A DNA stretch of 42,622 nucleotides. Origin: a virus. Taxonomy: Duplodnaviria; Caudoviricetes. This document shows, piece by piece, positions 36,978 through 42,622 of the stretch. Below the pieces are notes generated by a model that was given only the letters and a program-made list of their open reading frames with translations, was not told the DNA's origin and did not search any database. Position numbers and translations under genes: made by a program. The DNA is taken from positions 1-42,622 of IMG/VR virus record IMGVR_UViG_3300008004_000018; one strand, written 5' to 3'. Each line of letters begins with the position of its first letter. The stretch's first letter is position 1.

Positions 36978-38502
36978 GTAGAGAATCTCCTAATGTTAAT
37001 GTATATTTAGCTTGTCCGGCGTCATAAATGCGATACCAGCCTTTAGTTTCAGCTTCAGCTCTAGTCTTAGCCTTGCGCCTGTTATATGTATTGTTACCGT
37101 CTGTCCACTTCCACCCTAGAGACTCAGACACCTTAGTAAAGCCCAGTTTCGTAAGGGAGTGGCCGTCCGCATATCTACAATCTACAAAACTTACAACTTG
37201 TCTTGTACTGGTTAACCCTATTATATACTTAAGGAGCTTGCTAAGTCCTCCTACTACTACAGTGTGGAGCTTAGTACAAACTCTATCTAGCTCTACCTTA
37301 TCTTCCTTCTTGTAGTGCTTATAGCTTATAATCATTAGCAGCTCATCCCCATTCCATAAGCCTATATGCTGGGTATTGTGTATACCGCCCATTAAGTGGT
37401 TTAGTTCTAGAAAGTCGAATCCTTGGTACGTATCTACGGGTTTAATATCTAATTTCCTAGCATAGTGTCTAGTGATGTTCTTGCCATGCCTAGCGTCTAA
37501 CATAGACTTAATGATATGTGGCCTTTTGATAAGCTCGTCAGCTCGGTATTGTAGTAATACTAAGCCTGCCTTTTCATAAGCTAGCCTCTTAGTTTTGTGG
37601 TATTGGTTATCTTTTCGATACTTCTCAGAGTGATAAAGTAGTCCATCTAGATCTACGTACAAAGTGTCTGAGATTTTAACATCCGGCCTATAGTCGAAAT
37701 CTTGGTGTATCTTTTTATTAACTCGGGCAGACTGGTAGTCCTTAGTAAGGGCTAAGAACACAAGCTCTAGATTACTAATATTAGACTTATGATTATCTAT
37801 CCAATCCTGAGCTGCTTGTGGGCTTATAGTCCTAAAGATAAGGTTAGCATACTGCGGGCAGGGATTGGTGTCAAACTCTGCACAATACTGGCTGACATAC
37901 TTGCCGTTAGGTAGTACATTTAGTTTGTCGTTAGCTTCGTACTTAGATAGCACCTTGTCTAATTGCTTTTGTCTAATGTCTGGGTCATGCATAGGATTCT
38001 CATGTCCATATCTGGCTAGGCTAGTTGCTCTCATTCTAGCTTGTACTTTTTTGGACTTAGCTGGATTATCTACGCCGTAATTAGCTAATGTAGTAGCTCG
38101 CTGTTTATCTCGAATCTCTTGGGAGCGCATAGGATTCGTAACCCCGTGGTTTTTTAGTAGGGTCCTCTTTGCCTTTTCTTGGAACTTTGTTAGCTGAGCG
38201 GCGTGTTCTACGCCATACCTAAGCTTTGTAGTAGCTTTACGCTTTGCTTGCACTTCTGGGTTACTACTTGTGTGCGTAGTTCCGTATCGTTGTATATTGG
38301 TTTGCTCTCTGCGGGCTTGTATTGCCTCAGGATGCGTTGAAATAGGTCCAGTAGATACTCGCTTACCCGCGTCTTCCATGGCCTTTATAGAGCTTTTAAA
38401 TGCGCCGTACGTGGAATCTAGGAAGTCTAGCTTGGTTTCCTTGGTGTAGCGCTCTGGTAGCGCTTGAGCTAGGCTAACTCCTTCGGGTAGTTCGTACTTC
38501 AT
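36970..38502 (-). CDS. Free-standing Hef-like homing endonuclease: repeat array, PD-(D/E)xK/Vsr-like nuclease and GNAT-like C-terminus
   Basis: Five YG/HG-type repeats (YGTTHTS, YGVEHAA, HGVTNPM, YGVDNPA, YGHENPM); RPDV...VDLDGLLYHS; YARKL...FLELNHLMG, ELDRVCTK...VVGGLSKLL, SFVDCRY, IYDAGQ. Confidence 0.78.
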   Translation of the reverse strand: MKYELPEGVSLAQALPERYTKETKLDFLDSTYGAFKSSIKAMEDAGKRVSTGPISTHPEAIQARREQTNIQRYGTTHTSSNPEVQAKRKATTKLRYGVEHAAQLTKFQEKAKRTLLKNHGVTNPMRSQEIRDKQRATTLANYGVDNPAKSKKVQARMRATSLARYGHENPMHDPDIRQKQLDKVLSKYEANDKLNVLPNGKYVSQYCAEFDTNPCPQYANLIFRTISPQAAQDWIDNHKSNISNLELVFLALTKDYQSARVNKKIHQDFDYRPDVKISDTLYVDLDGLLYHSEKYRKDNQYHKTKRLAYEKAGLVLLQYRADELIKRPHIIKSMLDARHGKNITRHYARKLDIKPVDTYQGFDFLELNHLMGGIHNTQHIGLWNGDELLMIISYKHYKKEDKVELDRVCTKLHTVVVGGLSKLLKYIIGLTSTRQVVSFVDCRYADGHSLTKLGFTKVSESLGWKWTDGNNTYNRRKAKTRAEAETKGWYRIYDAGQAKYTLTLGDSLHE

Positions 38503-38508
38503 AGTCGT

Positions 38509-38537
38509 ATTTTATCGTACTTGGTGTGTTTAGTCAA
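38509..38537 (-). promoter_or_regulatory. Sigma70-type promoter, predicted leaderless transcript of the Hef-like gene
   Basis: TTGACT-N17-TAAAAT, then 6 nt to the ATG. Confidence 0.68.
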
Positions 38538-38540
38538 GGC

Positions 38541-38581
38541 AAATGAAAAGCCCCCAGCAGGTTAGTGCTGAGGGCCTTCTT
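38541..38581 (-). terminator. Rho-independent terminator after the capsid gene
   Basis: GGCCCTCAGCA-loop-TGCTGGGGGCT stem followed by TTTCATTT on the minus strand. Confidence 0.8.
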
Positions 38582-38599
38582 AGTTAGTTGCTAGTAGGG

Positions 38600-39817
38600 T
38601 TAGCTATTAGTAATGCCAGTAACCAAGATAAGTTGGTTAGGGGCGTGGCAGAATAGAGCTAGGTCGCAGTATGCGCGGAGCTCAAACCCAGCACTAGCTT
38701 GCAATTCTCGGAAGAACCTATCATTATCGTGTCCTGGCAATTGGAACGTGATGTCGGTAGAACCAATCAACTGAACCGCTTTATCAGGCATGATGAACGC
38801 TAGGGACTCTTTAACGTAGCTGCAAGGTACGATTTCAATAGGACCAGTCTGACCGTAGAACTTAATAGACTCAGAACCATTCTCAGAAACTGAGCGGCTG
38901 TAAGAGCTGTCAAGCATACGAAGAGCAGCTTGGTCGCTAAGAAGCTCAGCCCAAGTGCGGTTAGAAACTAGAACTTTAACTCCAGAATCAAGACCACGAG
39001 CAGCGCCCTTAGAGATAGCTTCTTGAATCTTCTCGAAAGAAAGATCAGCGCCACCAGCAGCATACTCAGTTGCACGCCATACGTTGAAAGACTGAGGGTT
39101 GATACCGAACAAGTCAGTAGAACCATCAGAGTAGGCAGTCATGATACCATGAAGACCCAGCATTTCTTTCCACTCAGTAGCAGCGTCGTCGTAAGCGCCT
39201 TCGAACATAACTCTGTCACCAGCAGTCAAAGTAAGAGCTGCGCCGTCAACAGTGATAGTTTTAGTATCAAGGTTGATTCCTGTGATAGTACGTGCTGTAG
39301 AAGTACGGTCAGTAGCTAGGTCAGAAGAGAAGATCTCGACTTTAGCACCTTCCAAACCGTTCCAGATACCAGGAGCCCAAGAAGCGTCACTGATTACTAG
39401 AGTGTTTACAGCTGAAGTGTTAGCGTTAACTAGGCCGATTTCTTTTTGTCCGTAGAACATAGAGATCTCTAGACGCTTAGCGAAAGAGCGAAGCATGTCA
39501 GCTACGATGAGCTTAGTAGCTTGCTCGAAAGCTGCAGGGGAAGCTGCGGATCGAGATACTGCGTCGTAAGAAAGCTTAGTTCGAGCTACCATAGAGTAAC
39601 CTTTAATAGAAGCGTTCTTAGTTTGAGCAGCTACTGCATCGTTGAGGTCATAAGCGTCACCGTCAGATCCACCATAAGTGAAACCTTGAGATTGCTTAAC
39701 GATTACTGGTTGTTGGTAAGCGTCACCGAGCTTTTTAGCTGCGTTGAACTTAACCATGTTATAAAGAACTACGTTGTCCGGGATGAGGTTTTCTACCTTG
39801 TCGGCGTATACTTTTTT
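38600..39817 (-). CDS. Major capsid protein, exon 2
   Basis: The frame extends 20 codons upstream of the tracked ATG (KKVYADKVENLIPDNVVLYN) to the intron's terminal G. HK97-type P22-coat-like features, high-expression-type codon usage, downstream of the scaffold gene. Confidence 0.88.
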   Translation of the reverse strand, partial: KKVYADKVENLIPDNVVLYNMVKFNAAKKLGDAYQQPVIVKQSQGFTYGGSDGDAYDLNDAVAAQTKNASIKGYSMVARTKLSYDAVSRSAASPAAFEQATKLIVADMLRSFAKRLEISMFYGQKEIGLVNANTSAVNTLVISDASWAPGIWNGLEGAKVEIFSSDLATDRTSTARTITGINLDTKTITVDGAALTLTAGDRVMFEGAYDDAATEWKEMLGLHGIMTAYSDGSTDLFGINPQSFNVWRATEYAAGGADLSFEKIQEAISKGAARGLDSGVKVLVSNRTWAELLSDQAALRMLDSSYSRSVSENGSESIKFYGQTGPIEIVPCSYVKESLAFIMPDKAVQLIGSTDITFQLPGHDNDRFFRELQASAGFELRAYCDLALFCHAPNQLILVTGITNS

Positions 39818-40721
39818 CGTTATATTCCCGTATTACTACGGGCACTGACTATATCATCACCTTTTTCAAGGGTCTGGCGCTGTAAAAGCCTTTGTTGGTA
39901 AATGGTTTCTATGTATCTAAATTTATAGCGCATAGATTTGAATTGAAGAATAAACTCTCTAACATACTCCCACAGTTTAAGTGAGTCCGCCTGTCCAAAT
40001 TTAAGGTAAGGGTAGTGCTTGTTACGTTTAGAGCTTTTTTGCGATCCAAATTTAACATTAACATTAAAATTGTCGCTAAACCAAAGTCTAATCTTATCTA
40101 GAGATTCTATAGATTCGCTACATAGGTAGATTCTAACTCTACCTCCGTATAACTTTTTTCCGCTTTTAATTTTAGATATCGAGGGTTCTATATACCCGTC
40201 ATCTATTAAAAGCATAGCTAACGCCATTTCAGGATGCTCTACGAACCTTAGCATTCTAGATAGGTCCTTGGAGTTATTTGGATAGCACCATTTTCTCCAT
40301 GATCTAAGACGCTTAACGCATACTGAAACTTGTAAGGCTCCATTTGATTGAGGTCTTACATTAACAGTACGGTTGAATATCTTAGATAGTAAGGAAGCTT
40401 TCCACTTAAGGATATCGGCTTGTTCTTTACAGTGACCTATTGTAAGTCCTCCGTATAGCTTGCCTGCATTTCTTATGTAATGCAAACAACCGTCTCCCAT
40501 AGCTAAACACATAACTAGACTACGTTTATCTCTATTATTCATTTTTTACCTCTAACCCGCTTATAGCGATCAAGATTACTTAGCTTTTTAGTCGATGAAC
40601 CTTCCGACTTAGTTTGTCGGCTTGGCTGCTGATTGCCCTAGATTACTAGGGTTTCCAGCAATTCACCAGATTTTCTAGCATAATGCTAGGAGGGGTCTAA
40701 CCTCAACTATTCTAAAAGTTA
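39818..40721 (-). ncRNA. Group I self-splicing intron (904 nt, IA-like) in the major capsid gene
   Basis: 5' exon ends in U and the intron ends in G. P AAUUGCUGGAAA, Q AAUCAGCAG, R GUUCAUCGACUA, S AUGAUAUAGUC; P3 UCUGGUG/CGCCAGA; P7 GACUA/UAGUC; P9 CCCGUA-GUAA-UACGGG. Splicing restores the frame. Confidence 0.92.
39820..40542 (-). CDS. Intron-encoded double-motif LAGLIDADG homing endonuclease/maturase
   Basis: LVMCLAMGDGCL and ALAMLLIDDGYI motifs, SMRYKF near the end; lies inside the intron. Confidence 0.88.
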   Translation of the reverse strand: MNNRDKRSLVMCLAMGDGCLHYIRNAGKLYGGLTIGHCKEQADILKWKASLLSKIFNRTVNVRPQSNGALQVSVCVKRLRSWRKWCYPNNSKDLSRMLRFVEHPEMALAMLLIDDGYIEPSISKIKSGKKLYGGRVRIYLCSESIESLDKIRLWFSDNFNVNVKFGSQKSSKRNKHYPYLKFGQADSLKLWEYVREFILQFKSMRYKFRYIETIYQQRLLQRQTLEKGDDIVSARSNTGI

Positions 40722-40763
40722 AAAAAGTCCATCAAGTTGTGATACTGTTACATTTTGTGCCAT
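40722..40763 (-). CDS. Major capsid protein, exon 1 (14 codons)
   Basis: TAAGGAG RBS then MAQNVTVSQLDGLF; joined to exon 2 it gives ...LDGLFKKVYADKVENLIP, 419 aa in total. Confidence 0.88.
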
Positions 40764-40963
40764 TTTAATTTCTCCTTAAATACCATTTGAATTACTTAGT
40801 TTGTTATTTTCATACCAACTAAATAAGCCTTCTTAAGCCAGAGTTCGGGTATCCAAGAGCCCTATTAAGGGTATCTGAGAGCCGTATACTACTAACTACA
40901 AGCTAAACTTATAGTAGGTCGTTACAAAGGGGCATTTGTTGTGCCCCAAGTTAATAATCGTTA

Positions 40964-41992
40964 TTAGCTATACATCCAGTCGCTTAGCTTCTGTTTCTTA
41001 GCTGGTTTCTTGTTGGCTTCCTGCTCAGATCTGTCCTTGCTAGATTTGCCTACATCTTTAATGCTCTTAGTAGAAGGTACAGCTTGTGATTTCTTGTACT
41101 TGCTTACTTGGTATTTATTAAAGCGTTTAACCACGTCACTACCTAGAAGCTCTTCTAAGATCTCTTCTCTGCTGGCTCCAAACATCTCTCCCAAATCCTT
41201 ACGCATCTCTTTACGAACGATGTTAAGGGCTTGCTTAGGTGAAATCTGTTTGTCGTGCTCAAGGGCTGTAAGCATTACATCACTCATACGTTTCATAAGA
41301 TAAGGGCTGTTTGGCATATCACTCTCTTCTAGAGCGCTAATAAAGCCTTCCTCTAGCTTAGTCTCATGTTCCTGTACAGCTCTCTCATACTCCATCTTTT
41401 GACGTAGTTCTGATTCTTCTTTAGCTTTAGCTCTGATCTCTTCCAGCTCTTTTTCTAGACGCTCCCGCTCACGTTGATCTGGGGATTTCATCTCTTCTTC
41501 AAGCTCTTGATTAATAATCTTCTGAGCAAACTCTTTTACGTCAATTCCAATAGCGGGGTCTGATAACACAGCTGCTGGATTAGACTTAAGTAGCTCTACT
41601 AAGGAACGTACTTCTTTTTCATACTCTCTAGCTTTCTGGATATCCTTACGAGCTTTTCTAGATAACTGAAGCTCTCGTACTAGGTCTTCTTCAGAGCCTT
41701 CCCAGTCTACGTCTTCTCCGTCTACTTTAAGCTTGTATTTGTGTTGTACCTTCTCTAGTTTAGCCTTGGCTGCTTCTTTCTGCTTAGACGAGGCTGCGTC
41801 TTTTACCGCTTGTTCAGCTGCTTGTAGCTCTTCCTGAGCAGAATCTGATAAATCAGCTTCTCCGCCCTCTGCTGATACAGCAATAGCATCGCTACCTTCA
41901 TCGCCCATTAAGGCTTCTAGGTCTTCTGCTGTTACGTCCTCAGACTCTACTACCTGTGATTCTACTTCTATGTTTCCGTTTTCTTCTGACAT
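40964..41992 (-). CDS. Capsid scaffolding protein
   Basis: Acidic N-terminus, YKLKVDGED motif, long coiled coil, basic tail; directly upstream of the capsid gene. Confidence 0.8.
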   Translation of the reverse strand: MSEENGNIEVESQVVESEDVTAEDLEALMGDEGSDAIAVSAEGGEADLSDSAQEELQAAEQAVKDAASSKQKEAAKAKLEKVQHKYKLKVDGEDVDWEGSEEDLVRELQLSRKARKDIQKAREYEKEVRSLVELLKSNPAAVLSDPAIGIDVKEFAQKIINQELEEEMKSPDQRERERLEKELEEIRAKAKEESELRQKMEYERAVQEHETKLEEGFISALEESDMPNSPYLMKRMSDVMLTALEHDKQISPKQALNIVRKEMRKDLGEMFGASREEILEELLGSDVVKRFNKYQVSKYKKSQAVPSTKSIKDVGKSSKDRSEQEANKKPAKKQKLSDWMYS

Positions 41993-42069
41993 TCTTGTCT
42001 CCTTTTTTAAGCCGCCTGATTTAGGGTGGGCTGATTTAAAGGGGTCGCCCTTACGGTAGACCTCTTATG

Positions 42070-42621
42070 TTACTTACTTAGCATCAGAGCCGCTAATCCC
42101 ATCATGGTATAATTAACGTCTGGTCCGGTTTCTCCAGTTTTGAAGTTGCTGTCTGCAATCATCATTTGAGGCCACGTTACGGCTCCAGTGTATGATCGTA
42201 GGTAGTTAATAGTTAATTGCTTACGTTCCTGATCTACAAGACCTACATTGTAGGCTAGCGAAGTAATCCACGGTTGAGGTCTGCCTCTAGGTCCGTTACT
42301 ATCTATCATAGAAAGTCCTGATTTGTAATCTTTACCAAGCTTACACAAAGACCATAGATTTAAAGCGCATATGTGTTGAGTGTAGAATATCTGACCAGCT
42401 ACATCTTTAGTATACATTGCAGGTACGTGCTTAAAGTACCAAACTCCAGCTAGTACATAATGCAGCTTAGCAATTAGTTTCCATACTCCTCCTAGCTCAC
42501 TAGCAGCTAGCTCTAGTATAGCTTGGCTAGTTAATACTCCAGGGCCTGTTAGCGGGTTAGCTAAGCTAAATCCTATGTTCTTACCTTTAACTGTCCACTC
42601 TTCGGCTGTTACGTTTAAGCC
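42070..42621 (-). CDS. Hypothetical protein, C-terminal part; runs off the right edge
   Basis: The frame of ORF 42070..42417 stays open to the window end (GLNVTAEEWTVKGKNIGFSLANPL...). Confidence 0.65.
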   Translation of the reverse strand, partial: GLNVTAEEWTVKGKNIGFSLANPLTGPGVLTSQAILELAASELGGVWKLIAKLHYVLAGVWYFKHVPAMYTKDVAGQIFYTQHICALNLWSLCKLGKDYKSGLSMIDSNGPRGRPQPWITSLAYNVGLVDQERKQLTINYLRSYTGAVTWPQMMIADSNFKTGETGPDVNYTMMGLAALMLSK

Positions 42622-42622
42622 A

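Noticed and set aside
40764-40963. tRNA genes in intergenic gaps
   Set aside because: No cloverleaf or T-loop GTTCRA context forming a tRNA was found by eye in this or the other gaps.
1-42622. Stop-codon recoding suggested by abundant TAG
   Set aside because: Conserved genes are intact under code 11, TAG/TAA/TGA all end genes, and most plus-strand TAG are CTA codons on the coding strand.

Overview
This is a 42.6 kb segment of a dsDNA tailed phage genome with podovirus-like morphogenesis genes: adaptor, nozzle and four ejection-type proteins, with no tape measure or sheath/baseplate set in the window. Almost all genes are on the minus strand. The left part is replication, recombination and nucleotide metabolism: a truncated AEP primase, ERF annealase, Cas4/PD-(D/E)XK nuclease, intein-containing NrdA, NrdB, ClpP-like and trypsin-like proteases, RuvC, a phosphoesterase and a RecA-like ATPase. 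The right part is virion and lysis genes: ejection proteins, tail fibres, an M15 endolysin, the major capsid protein and a scaffold. Three homing-type elements are present: a 331-aa LAGLIDADG intein at the NrdA active site, a 904-nt group I intron with a LAGLIDADG ORF that splits the major capsid gene after codon 14, and a free-standing Hef-like endonuclease. The most unusual observation is a family of six small, otherwise divergent proteins with KOW/SH3-like starts that all end in the C-terminal motif RP(Q/K)AVRxxLR(E/K)DL. They sit in two clusters directly upstream of a ClpP-like and a trypsin-like protease gene and may be proteolysis adaptors or a shuffled cassette system. Also notable: five sigma70 promoters positioned for leaderless mRNAs, a sigma54 consensus nested inside a consensus sigma70 promoter, a candidate phage promoter motif CAACAAATA, and two adjacent pseudogenes missed by the ORF track. 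All calls come from reading motifs by eye; no searches were run.
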